DNA of 64,000 nucleotides from an uncultured Bacteroidales bacterium (GTDB taxonomy: Bacteria; Bacteroidota; Bacteroidia; Bacteroidales; Bacteroidaceae): assembly GCA_902779535.1 (NCBI GenBank), contig CACZBX010000013.1:4399-68398 (forward strand), read 5' to 3'. The notes below the pieces were generated by a model, which saw nothing but the letters and a program-made list of their open reading frames with translations, made no database searches and was not told the origin of the DNA. Positions 51,774 through 64,000 of this stretch are shown one piece after another (within the stretch, counting starts at the first letter, position 1; each line of letters starts with the position of its first letter). Both the position numbers and the translations under genes were made by a program.

Positions 51774-53612
51774 TTGAAGGACTATCAACTGACCGACTGG
51801 CTGCCTACCACCAAAAAAGAAGTGGAACTGAGGGGATGGGACGAATTGGATGTTATTCTCTTTAGTGGAGATGCATACGTTGACCATCCTTCCTTTGGGG
51901 CTGCCGTTATCGGACGACTATTAGAGGCGCAGGGCTTGAAAGTGGCCATCGTGCCTCAGCCAAATTGGCGAGACGACTTACGTGACTTCAAGAAACTGGG
52001 TCGTCCTCGTTTGTTTTTTGGGGTATCGCCCGGTTGCATGGACAGCATGGTCAATAAATACACCGCAAACAAAAGGCTACGCAAGGAAGACGCTTATACT
52101 CCCGATGGGCGGCATGACCTCAGGCCTGAATACCCCAGCATCGTTTATTCAAAGATACTGAAGCAATTGTTCCCGGATGTTCCTGTCATCCTTGGTGGAA
52201 TTGAAGGTTCCTTGCGCCGGCTAACCCATTACGACTATTGGCAAGACGCAGTCAGGAAGCCAATCCTCATTGATTCGGGAGCTGATCTCCTGATATATGG
52301 GATGGGAGAAAAACCGATGACCGAACTGGCATCGCGCATGAAAGAGCAACCTCAGGTCGTTCCTCACGACATACTGCAGACTGTTTATTTGGTTGATAAA
52401 GGAACGACTCTGGCACCTCTTCCTGATCATCCCGCCGACATCGTCTTACATTCTCACGAAGCTTGTCTGAAGAACAAACGCTTTGAGGCTGAGAACTTCC
52501 GTATCATTGAAGAAGAATCGAACAAATATACAGCATCCCGACTCTTGGAAGATGTGGATGATCAGACCGTCGTCGTCAATCCTCCCTTCCCTCCCATGTC
52601 GCAAGGAGAACTCGACATGTCGTTCGACCTTCCCTACACGCGAATGCCACATCCTAAATATAAGGGTAAACGTATTCCTGCATACGACATGATCAAGTTT
52701 TCGGTGAACATGCACCGAGGCTGCTTCGGAGGGTGTGCGTTCTGCACCATCTCGGCACATCAAGGGAAATTCATCGTTAGCCGAAGCAAAGAAAGTATCC
52801 TAAAGGAAGTGAAGCAGATTACGGAGATGCCCGACTTTAAGGGATACATCAGTGATCTGGGAGGTCCCAGCGCAAATATGTATGGGATGCATGGCCGTAA
52901 CATCAAAGCATGTCAGAAATGCAAACGCCCATCGTGCATTCACCCTGAAGTATGTCCGAACTTAAATACAGATCACCGACCAATCCTCGACATCTATCAT
53001 GCCGTGGATGCACTGCCAACCATTAAGAAGTCATTTATTGGCAGTGGCGTACGATACGACCTGATTCAACACGAATCAAAAGATCCTGAAATCAACAAAG
53101 CCAATGCACAATATGCCAAGGAACTGATTGTAAAGCATGTGAGTGGACGACTGAAAGTGGCTCCGGAACATACCAGCGACCGTGTCTTATCCATCATGAG
53201 GAAGCCTTCGTTCAATCAGTTCTACCAGTTTAAGCGTACTTTCGACCGAATCAATCAAGAATACCATTTAAACCAACAACTGATTCCGTATTTTATCAGC
53301 AGCCATCCTGGATGTACGGAGGAAGACATGGCCGAACTGGCTGTTATCACGAAAGACTTAGACTTCCACTTGGAGCAAGTGCAGGACTTTACCCCTACGC
53401 CCATGACGGTCGCTACCGAAACATGGTACACCGGCTTTCACCCCTATACGTTAGAACGGGTTTACTCAGCACGTTCCCAAAAGGAGAAGCTGGCACAACG
53501 CATGTTCTTCTTCTGGTATAAGCCTGAAGAAAGAAGGGCAATCATTCAAGAACTCAGGCGAGTCGGTAGAAATGATTTAATCAACAAGCTTTATGGAAAA
53601 CGAGAACGATAA
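51774..53612 (+). CDS. YgiQ-family radical SAM protein
   Basis: GDAYVDHPSFG, RGCFGGCAFC, DLGGPSANMY, LKVAPEH, QDFTPTPM; TTG start. Confidence 0.95.
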   Translation: MKDYQLTDWLPTTKKEVELRGWDELDVILFSGDAYVDHPSFGAAVIGRLLEAQGLKVAIVPQPNWRDDLRDFKKLGRPRLFFGVSPGCMDSMVNKYTANKRLRKEDAYTPDGRHDLRPEYPSIVYSKILKQLFPDVPVILGGIEGSLRRLTHYDYWQDAVRKPILIDSGADLLIYGMGEKPMTELASRMKEQPQVVPHDILQTVYLVDKGTTLAPLPDHPADIVLHSHEACLKNKRFEAENFRIIEEESNKYTASRLLEDVDDQTVVVNPPFPPMSQGELDMSFDLPYTRMPHPKYKGKRIPAYDMIKFSVNMHRGCFGGCAFCTISAHQGKFIVSRSKESILKEVKQITEMPDFKGYISDLGGPSANMYGMHGRNIKACQKCKRPSCIHPEVCPNLNTDHRPILDIYHAVDALPTIKKSFIGSGVRYDLIQHESKDPEINKANAQYAKELIVKHVSGRLKVAPEHTSDRVLSIMRKPSFNQFYQFKRTFDRINQEYHLNQQLIPYFISSHPGCTEEDMAELAVITKDLDFHLEQVQDFTPTPMTVATETWYTGFHPYTLERVYSARSQKEKLAQRMFFFWYKPEERRAIIQELRRVGRNDLINKLYGKRER

Positions 53613-53640
53613 CGAGGATCCCTTCGTTATCGTTCTCGTT
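53599..53640. repeat. 17-bp perfect inverted repeat made of AACGA(G/T) hexamers
   Basis: AACGAGAACGATAACGA-ggatccct-TCGTTATCGTTCTCGTT. Confidence 0.85.
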
Positions 53641-53650
53641 AATGCGATCG

Positions 53651-55636
53651 TTATTTCCATTGGATGATCATGCACTCCTCCGGATGGATAGTCAGCATCG
53701 TCCTCGAGAGGTGTCCGTTCTTATCCGAATAGATCAGCTTGGATGCCGGTGCTTTCAACTCAACATTTTTCTGAGCACCACTTTTGTTAATGACCAACGA
53801 ATAGTTGTTCTTTCCACTGTTAAACGACTGCATGTAAATACCCGGATAGTTCCTTGTGAACCGGTGATTAGACAGTTCCTGGATCTCTTTCAGAATGAAG
53901 TTTGACAAAGGATGATAATTACCGATACGCCGACCGCCTAAGCCAACCAGCGATGGGATCCAAACCACTTCACCGTTTCCAAACTGATGGCGGGTAGCCG
54001 TAATCTTATTCCCTTCATTGGCTATGATCTTCCCCTTCTGGTTGTAGATATATCCTTTCCACAGGTGAGTGTTGACCTTATCTGATCCAAATTGCATAGT
54101 GAAATCACCCGGAATACATTTCGTTTCCTGCAGACTTCCTCCAAAAACATCCTGCAGCGGGAAACCGGTTTGGAAAAGACACAGCATATTCTCATCATAG
54201 AAAGAGGTTAATCCCTCGACAATCAGTTTTCCACCTTTCTTCACAAACTGACGAAGGTGTTCCCACTGGCTCGAAGGAAGGGTGATTTGATTCGGAATGA
54301 TGAGGGTCTTCCCCTTATAATCTTTCTTGTCCCAATCGTATTCATTGATTTCGGCAATTGAAGCGTTGACACCATTTTCGAGCAACATCTCATAGAAAGC
54401 CAACACCGATTTCATCACTCCACCCTTGTGTCTACCTTCATACGTACTGTCATCCAGATCACCATACTGAATCTTACGCTCTGTCCATAAAGACTCACGG
54501 ATGTACAAGATGTCCACGTCTGCTTCGAAAGGGCGAATATCTTCGAAGATTTTTCGGTTCTTATCCATGAACAAAGCAACCTTTGACGCGGCCTCAAAGC
54601 GATCGGAAGGCATATTTTGGAAATTCAGCAACGCCCATTCACCCGATTCTTCACCGATGGAACGAGGGTTCAAGCTCCAAAAGATGATACCCTGTGTCCC
54701 CGATGCGATGCTCGTCCACATCCACTGAGTAATTTCTTCGGCAGTCGGACAGAACGGACGATAGCCCGAATAAGTATTATTTCCACCTTGTAGTTCCGTG
54801 ATCCAGAAAGGCAATTCGCCGGCACCCGAACGGATGATGCTGCAATTCGCAAACATGGCCATCGGATATTGTTGACGTTTGAAATAGCCAAAATGCCAAC
54901 TGGCATGAGCCGATGCACCCAGGGAGGTAAGATAAGGTCTCCAAGCCGGGAAGTCATACTCTGCTACATTGTCGTATATCTGATGGTTGTTCACATGCAT
55001 CTCGTGATCGCTGTCATACTTTTTGATCTCATTGGCAAGCCAGCCCAAATACCAAGTGGTATAATCAACAAGGAACCGCTCTTCATCAAAGTTAACAAGT
55101 TTGGTATAACCTTTGCTTTGATATGCAGGTTCGGTTTGTTGCTTCTTCCATTCCTCAAACTTACGTTTCGTGTAATCGGTTTTGGGAAGTTCTCCACCCA
55201 TACCGGGCTCATTCATCAGGACCCAACCCAACAGGCACTTGAAGTTCTTATAATGGTTTACTGTCTTTTCGATATACGTTACGACCTGACGCTCATGTGC
55301 ATCGTCTAACGGGAACTTGAAGCCGCCAATCGAATTATTCGGTGTCGACGGGAATAAGGTTGCAAAGACTTTGATACCATATTTCTCTGCCGCCTTGAAT
55401 GCCTTGTCGAACAAGGTGAAGTCCCACTGGTCACCTACATGCATATACTCCTCAAACATCCTGATTCGGGTGACCTTCATTCCGTTGTCATGCATAATCT
55501 TGAACCAGTGCTCTATCTCGGCATCCGATTGTCCGGGTTCGATGATTACTTGCCCACCTATCAATGGCACATTGGCATTCAACGATGCTGTCAACATGAT
55601 GAACAGCATTACAAACAATAGTTTTACCTTTTTCAT
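53651..55636 (-). CDS. GH42-like beta-galactosidase with trimerisation-type domain
   Basis: Signal peptide from MKKVK, WDFTLFD, LMNEP acid/base, WITELQGG nucleophile, FVKKGGKLI. Confidence 0.8.
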   Translation of the reverse strand: MKKVKLLFVMLFIMLTASLNANVPLIGGQVIIEPGQSDAEIEHWFKIMHDNGMKVTRIRMFEEYMHVGDQWDFTLFDKAFKAAEKYGIKVFATLFPSTPNNSIGGFKFPLDDAHERQVVTYIEKTVNHYKNFKCLLGWVLMNEPGMGGELPKTDYTKRKFEEWKKQQTEPAYQSKGYTKLVNFDEERFLVDYTTWYLGWLANEIKKYDSDHEMHVNNHQIYDNVAEYDFPAWRPYLTSLGASAHASWHFGYFKRQQYPMAMFANCSIIRSGAGELPFWITELQGGNNTYSGYRPFCPTAEEITQWMWTSIASGTQGIIFWSLNPRSIGEESGEWALLNFQNMPSDRFEAASKVALFMDKNRKIFEDIRPFEADVDILYIRESLWTERKIQYGDLDDSTYEGRHKGGVMKSVLAFYEMLLENGVNASIAEINEYDWDKKDYKGKTLIIPNQITLPSSQWEHLRQFVKKGGKLIVEGLTSFYDENMLCLFQTGFPLQDVFGGSLQETKCIPGDFTMQFGSDKVNTHLWKGYIYNQKGKIIANEGNKITATRHQFGNGEVVWIPSLVGLGGRRIGNYHPLSNFILKEIQELSNHRFTRNYPGIYMQSFNSGKNNYSLVINKSGAQKNVELKAPASKLIYSDKNGHLSRTMLTIHPEECMIIQWK

Positions 55637-55669
55637 AACATCTTTTCTTAATGGTAGAACAAATATACA

Positions 55670-55707
55670 AAAAAGTCCGTGATTATTACTAAACCACGGA
55701 CCTTTTC
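55670..55707 (-). terminator. Hairpin between GH2 and GH42-like genes
   Basis: TCCGTG...CACGGA flanked by A- and T-runs; TATATTTG box on the minus strand at 55660-55667. Confidence 0.6.
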
Positions 55708-55722
55708 TTATCGACAATTTGC

Positions 55723-59286
<3,564 letters not shown>

Positions 59287-60387
59287 TTATTTTACTTCAA
59301 CGATATGTGTCGGTGGGGCGATACGATTCCGTATCTCCGTCTGTTCCACCACGTTTCTTGCCAGCTCCATGAAGGCCTTACCGGTTATTGAGTCCTCATT
59401 CAGGGCTGCCGGTGTACCGTTATCACCATTTTCCCGGATACTCTGCACGATAGGTATCTGCCCCAACAAAGGTACGTTCATGGTCTCAGCCAACTGCTTC
59501 ACACCTTCTTTCCCAAAAATGTAGTATTTGTTCTCCGGAAGTTCGGCAGGGGTGAACCATGCCATATTCTCTACCAACCCCAAGATGGGTACGTTCACCT
59601 TTTCGTTCGTGTACATGTGAATTCCCTTGCGTGCATCTGCCAGAGCCACCTCCTGCGGCGTGCTGACGATCACGGCACCGGTGATGGCCAATGTCTGGAC
59701 GAGTGTCAGGTGAATGTCACTCGTTCCCGGAGGAGTGTCAAGGATAAAGTAGTCCAGATCTCCCCACAAGGCATCGCCAATCAACTGCTTCAAGGCATTG
59801 CTTGCCATGCCTCCTCGCCAAAGAGTAGGTTGTTCAGGGTCAACGAAAAAACCGATGGAAAGCATCTTCACGCCATACTTCTCGATGGGAACGATCAAGT
59901 CTCGTCCACCCACCGTTTCTGCATACGGACGTGCATCTTCCTCCTTGAACATCTTCGGCATGGACGGACCGAACAGGTCGGCATCCAACAATCCCACCTT
60001 ATAGCCCAGCTGTGCCAAGGCTACAGCCAGGTTTGCTGCAATGGTCGACTTACCCACGCCTCCCTTGCCTGAAGAGACGGCGATCACGTTCTTTACTCCC
60101 GGCAACATCTTTCCCGGTTCAGGGCGTGCCTCCTGTCGGCTTTCGATGCCAATGGTCACGTTCACATCCGGAGAGACATACGTGTGAATAGCTGTCTCGG
60201 CAGCTTTAACGATTGATTTACGGAACGGATCCGTCGACTTCTCAAACACGATGGAGAAACTCACCGACATTCCGTCAATACGCATATTGTCGGCAATCAT
60301 CTCGGCCTCCACCAGATTTTTTCCATTTCCTGGATAACGAACTGTTGCTAATGCATCCAGTATCAGTTTTGGATATAATGTCATCAT
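59287..60387 (-). CDS. mrp: Mrp/NBP35 (ApbC) ATP-binding protein
   Basis: SGKGGVGKST, WRG, DTPPGTSDIHL, VSTPQ, VENM. Confidence 0.95.
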   Translation of the reverse strand: MMTLYPKLILDALATVRYPGNGKNLVEAEMIADNMRIDGMSVSFSIVFEKSTDPFRKSIVKAAETAIHTYVSPDVNVTIGIESRQEARPEPGKMLPGVKNVIAVSSGKGGVGKSTIAANLAVALAQLGYKVGLLDADLFGPSMPKMFKEEDARPYAETVGGRDLIVPIEKYGVKMLSIGFFVDPEQPTLWRGGMASNALKQLIGDALWGDLDYFILDTPPGTSDIHLTLVQTLAITGAVIVSTPQEVALADARKGIHMYTNEKVNVPILGLVENMAWFTPAELPENKYYIFGKEGVKQLAETMNVPLLGQIPIVQSIRENGDNGTPAALNEDSITGKAFMELARNVVEQTEIRNRIAPPTHIVEVK

Positions 60388-60397
60388 ATTTTGTTTT

Positions 60398-62089
60398 TTA
60401 TCTTCTATATGCCCCTGCTTCCACTACTTGATAGAACGATCTCCATACCTTTGCATTGTTATAGGCAATCTTACAGCCTTGAGGGACCGTAAGCCGGCAA
60501 AGGCCCGTAGGAACATCCTTAAAGGTATTGTCACTGCTACATTGTGGTGGAAGAACGGCATGTATTCGAATGGCGTTCAGCGATACACACTTCGAGAAAG
60601 CACTCTTCCCTATCTTCTTCAAGGATGTAGCCAACTCGACAGACTGCAGGGAGGAACATTCCTTGAATGCGGAACTGCCAATGGATGTAACGGTCTGAGG
60701 ACATACGAAAGACAGCATTGCCTTGCATCCGGAGAAAGCATCATCACCAATACTCTCTAACGTGGCCGGCAGGGTGATGTCAATCAGGCTGGCACAATCG
60801 GCAAACGTTTTGCTTTCCAGTTTCTTGATGAACCCGTTAATCTTAACGGTATGAAGGGTCGTACATTTCTCGAAGGCACTTTCTCCAAGCGACTTCAGGG
60901 TGATCGGCAGATCGACAGCGATCAGACTTCCACAATTCTTGAACGCTTCGTCCTGAATACGCTCCAGTGTCTGTGGAAATTCCAAGACTGTCAGACTGCT
61001 GCAATTCTCAAATGCGCTTGACTCGATTTTCTCCAACATAGCCGGTAGCTCGAGAGTACGAAGATTCTTGCAGCCATCAAAGGCATGGCTGTTGATGGTT
61101 TTCAGCGTCCTTGGCAGACGAACATCGATCAGGCTTGTACAGTTGCGGAAGAATGAATTACCTAACTCTGTGACCGTGCCTTCAATATGTACAGCCGACA
61201 GATTAGCACAGTCGATAAACATCTGAGTTCCTACCTTTTGGACGGAAGCCGGGACAACTATCGACTTTAAGTTGGTACATCCATCGAATGTATGAGCACC
61301 GATTTCTGTAACCGATTCCGGTATATTCAGGCTTTCCAAAGTCCTACAACCTCTAAACGCATCGGAACCGATGATCGTGACCGCAGTAGGCAGCGACACC
61401 TCTTTCAACATCTCGCAGTTTCTGAAGGTCGCATTCTCAACAGATGCGATCGGTCCGAGGATATCGATACTCGTCAGGTGTTTACAATTTTCGAAGGAGT
61501 TGGCTCCAACCCTGGTTACTTCTTTCGGAATCGTAATACGTTCCAATGCCGTGCAGCCAGTGAACACATGATCCTCAATCGTCACCAACGATTCCGGCAA
61601 TTCTATTTCCGTGATTTTCTCACAACCATTGAACGCCGAGGCATGGATTTCTCGCAGTTCGTCCGGCAGCACAACGGTCTGTAGTTCCTTGCATCCATCA
61701 AACACTGATTTGCCAATGGATGTTGCCGAGGTAGGCAACACCACATGTTCCAAGGCTCTTGCACCGGCAAACAACCTGTCGGGAACCTCATCAGCCTTCG
61801 TCTTCAACCCATTCTTACTTTCAATGATGGTTACCTCCGAGAGATCAATCTTTTTCAGCAAGAAATCGGTCTTGTCCTTGATCTTCGTACGCCCTGCGAT
61901 GTCCTTAATCAGGGCGAAATCAACACCATTCAAATCTCCTGAGATGGTTAACGACGAAATCTTATATCGAATACTATCCGGCAAATACTTTGAGAGTGTA
62001 CCAATGGAATCCACACTCACAGTCAACTCATTTTGTGCGAACACACTCAATGGCAGTAACAATAACGCCAATAATAGGTTTCTTTTCAT
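60398..62089 (-). CDS. BspA-type leucine-rich repeat protein (TpLRR/LRR_5)
   Basis: Signal peptide, roughly 19 repeats of LPxxLxxIxxxAFxxCxxL, cap LTVPQGCKIAY...W. Confidence 0.92.
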   Translation of the reverse strand: MKRNLLLALLLLPLSVFAQNELTVSVDSIGTLSKYLPDSIRYKISSLTISGDLNGVDFALIKDIAGRTKIKDKTDFLLKKIDLSEVTIIESKNGLKTKADEVPDRLFAGARALEHVVLPTSATSIGKSVFDGCKELQTVVLPDELREIHASAFNGCEKITEIELPESLVTIEDHVFTGCTALERITIPKEVTRVGANSFENCKHLTSIDILGPIASVENATFRNCEMLKEVSLPTAVTIIGSDAFRGCRTLESLNIPESVTEIGAHTFDGCTNLKSIVVPASVQKVGTQMFIDCANLSAVHIEGTVTELGNSFFRNCTSLIDVRLPRTLKTINSHAFDGCKNLRTLELPAMLEKIESSAFENCSSLTVLEFPQTLERIQDEAFKNCGSLIAVDLPITLKSLGESAFEKCTTLHTVKINGFIKKLESKTFADCASLIDITLPATLESIGDDAFSGCKAMLSFVCPQTVTSIGSSAFKECSSLQSVELATSLKKIGKSAFSKCVSLNAIRIHAVLPPQCSSDNTFKDVPTGLCRLTVPQGCKIAYNNAKVWRSFYQVVEAGAYRR

Positions 62090-62104
62090 ATCTGTTTCAC
62101 TTAA

Positions 62105-62863
62105 TTATTTACTTGTATTCAAACTGCTTCGCTTATTACGGTTATAGCTTCGGTATTCATCCAAAGGGATTTCCACATCCGGCTCCAGCAGATCTCCGTC
62201 CTGTCTCAGGAGGAACTTGATATAACGGATATTCAGTCCTCTGTCCAGCCATTGCTGCTCATAATAGGTTTGTATACCCAAGATATCGTTTACCCAACCG
62301 GAGTGGTAAAGGTCTTCCGTACAGAAGGCAACCGGCAGTTGATTCTTCTCAACCATAACCCGTGTATAGGTGAACATGAAATTGCTGTCGGTCTTTAGAT
62401 GAACGATCCCATCAGGTACGAGGAAACGGCGATATCTCTCCATGAACGATGTAGAGGTGAGCCGTTTAGACACTTTCTTCATCTGAGGGTCAGGGAACGT
62501 CAACCAAATCTCACTGACCTCGTTTGCAGCAAAGAAACGGTCAATGATCTCAATGTTTGTACGCAGGAAAGCAACATTCTTCAGTCCCTCTTTCATCGAC
62601 TGCGTTGCTCCTGTCCACATCCGGGCTCCCTTGATGTCTACCCCGATGAAATTCTTGTCCGGATACATCCGCGCCAATCCCACGGTATATTCTCCCCTTC
62701 CACAACCCAGCTCCAATACGATGGGATGATCGTTCTGGAAGAAGTCTTGATTCCATTTCCCCTTCATACTGAAAGTGAAATCATCCATCACCGAATAAGG
62801 GAACTCAAAAACGTGTGGATATTCTTTCATATCCGCGAATTTGGCCAGTTTTCCTTTTCCCAT
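62105..62863 (-). CDS. trmB: tRNA (guanine-N7)-methyltransferase
   Basis: [33 protein letters not shown]. Confidence 0.96.
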   Translation of the reverse strand: MGKGKLAKFADMKEYPHVFEFPYSVMDDFTFSMKGKWNQDFFQNDHPIVLELGCGRGEYTVGLARMYPDKNFIGVDIKGARMWTGATQSMKEGLKNVAFLRTNIEIIDRFFAANEVSEIWLTFPDPQMKKVSKRLTSTSFMERYRRFLVPDGIVHLKTDSNFMFTYTRVMVEKNQLPVAFCTEDLYHSGWVNDILGIQTYYEQQWLDRGLNIRYIKFLLRQDGDLLEPDVEIPLDEYRSYNRNKRSSLNTSK

Positions 62864-62917
62864 AGTTATTCTATATTAACGATGTAAAGTTAATAAATTT
62901 CCGGCAAAAAACATAAG

Positions 62918-62987
62918 AAAAGTGCGGATTTTACATAGATTGACCGTTCTTCATACAAAATAACGGGATCAACGTAAAATCCGCACT
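62918..62987 (-). terminator. Long hairpin after ilvE
   Basis: AGTGCGGATTTTAC...GTAAAATCCGCACT, 14-bp arms with inner pairing. Confidence 0.7.
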
Positions 62988-63004
62988 CCTAAATGCTGAC
63001 GGAG

Positions 63005-64000
63005 TTACTCTACGAAAGTAACCCAGTGATGTGTATCCGGTTCATCACCCAACTGAATGCCACGCAACTTGTTATACAGCTTCGTGGAGATAGGGCCGGG
63101 TTTTCCATCCTTCGAGAAGACATAGCTCTTGTTCTTCTCCGGATCATCGATCCGTTCGATCGGACTGATGACAGCGGCTGTACCACACGCGCCTGCTTCT
63201 TCGAATGTTTCCAGCTCTTCTTCCGGGATCTGACGGCGTTCAACCTTCATTCCCATGTCTTCGGCCAACTGCATCAAGCTTTTGTTGGTGATGGAAGGAA
63301 GAATGGAAGTCGACTTCGGGGTGATATATGTATTGTTCTTAATGCCAAAGAAGTTGGCTGCTCCACATTCGTCAATATATTTTTTCTCCTTGGCATCCAA
63401 ATAGAACTCACAGGAGTAGCCTGCGTCATGAGCCAACTTGTTGGCTTTCAGACTGGCTGCATAGTTTCCGCCGACCTTGTAGATACCTGTACCTAATGGG
63501 GCAGAACGGTCGTAATCACGGGTAATCACATACGGATTGGTAGCGAAACCACCCTTGAAATACGGGCCTACCGGTGTAACAAATACCACAAACATGTATT
63601 CGTCGGAAGGATGTACGCCTACCTGTGCGCTTGTTCCGATCAGCAAAGGACGGATATACAGGGAAGCACCGGTGCCATAAGGTGGAATGAAGCGTTCATT
63701 CGCCTTCACAACCATCTTCACTGCATTGACAAAAGTCTCGGTCGGCAACTCAGGCATCAAGATTCCGCGACATGTGGATTGCAGACGGGCCGCATTTTCT
63801 TCCGGACGGAAGATCCGGATCTTACCATCCTTACCTCTGAATGCTTTCAACCCTTCAAATGCTTCCTGACCATAATGCAGACAGACAGCTGCCATATGTA
63901 GGTTAATGGTCTCCTCCGAACAAAGTTCCAAGGCACCCCATTGATTATTTCGATAGTAACAACGAACATTGTAATCTGTCCTCATATATCCAAACGACAG
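63005..64000 (-). CDS. ilvE: Branched-chain amino acid aminotransferase (start lies beyond the window)
   Basis: LHYGQEAFEGLKA, LYIRP, KVGGNYAAS, ILPSIT, GTAAVISPI; frame open to the window edge. Confidence 0.97.
   Translation of the reverse strand: MSFGYMRTDYNVRCYYRNNQWGALELCSEETINLHMAAVCLHYGQEAFEGLKAFRGKDGKIRIFRPEENAARLQSTCRGILMPELPTETFVNAVKMVVKANERFIPPYGTGASLYIRPLLIGTSAQVGVHPSDEYMFVVFVTPVGPYFKGGFATNPYVITRDYDRSAPLGTGIYKVGGNYAASLKANKLAHDAGYSCEFYLDAKEKKYIDECGAANFFGIKNNTYITPKSTSILPSITNKSLMQLAEDMGMKVERRQIPEEELETFEEAGACGTAAVISPIERIDDPEKNKSYVFSKDGKPGPISTKLYNKLRGIQLGDEPDTHHWVTFVE

Noticed and set aside
51774-53612. Radical SAM enzyme plus small ORFs as a RiPP cluster
   Set aside because: The enzyme is the widespread YgiQ type with no SPASM or RRE features; the small ORFs do not look like precursors

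Overview
Chromosomal window from a Bacteroidales bacterium (Prevotellaceae/Bacteroidaceae-like: TAnnTTTG promoters, SusC/SusD, recJ-recQ-TPR, ffh-folD). It is mostly core genes (pgk, ffh, folD, tRNA-His, recJ, recQ, recA, rlmH, prmA, pfp, trmB, mrp, ilvE) mixed with carbohydrate and envelope genes (two GH2, a GH42-like enzyme, two SGNH esterases, a FadL-type porin, a type V pilin-like lipoprotein, a BspA-like LRR protein). I saw no integrase, transposase, prophage, CRISPR array or rRNA. Most notable: (1) an array of four 22-bp-period palindromes in a divergent promoter region (19569-19656); (2) a decayed chimeric locus joining an HprK-like kinase, cut at its Walker A motif, to the 3' part of an ABC exporter (24540-26078); (3) a susC/susD locus with no recognisable CAZyme or regulator, followed by a CxxCH/PD40 lipoprotein, DUF6057 and DUF5107-TPR; (4) a frameshifting deletion in the Xaa-Pro aminopeptidase gene. 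Family calls rest on motif recognition from memory; no database searches were run.
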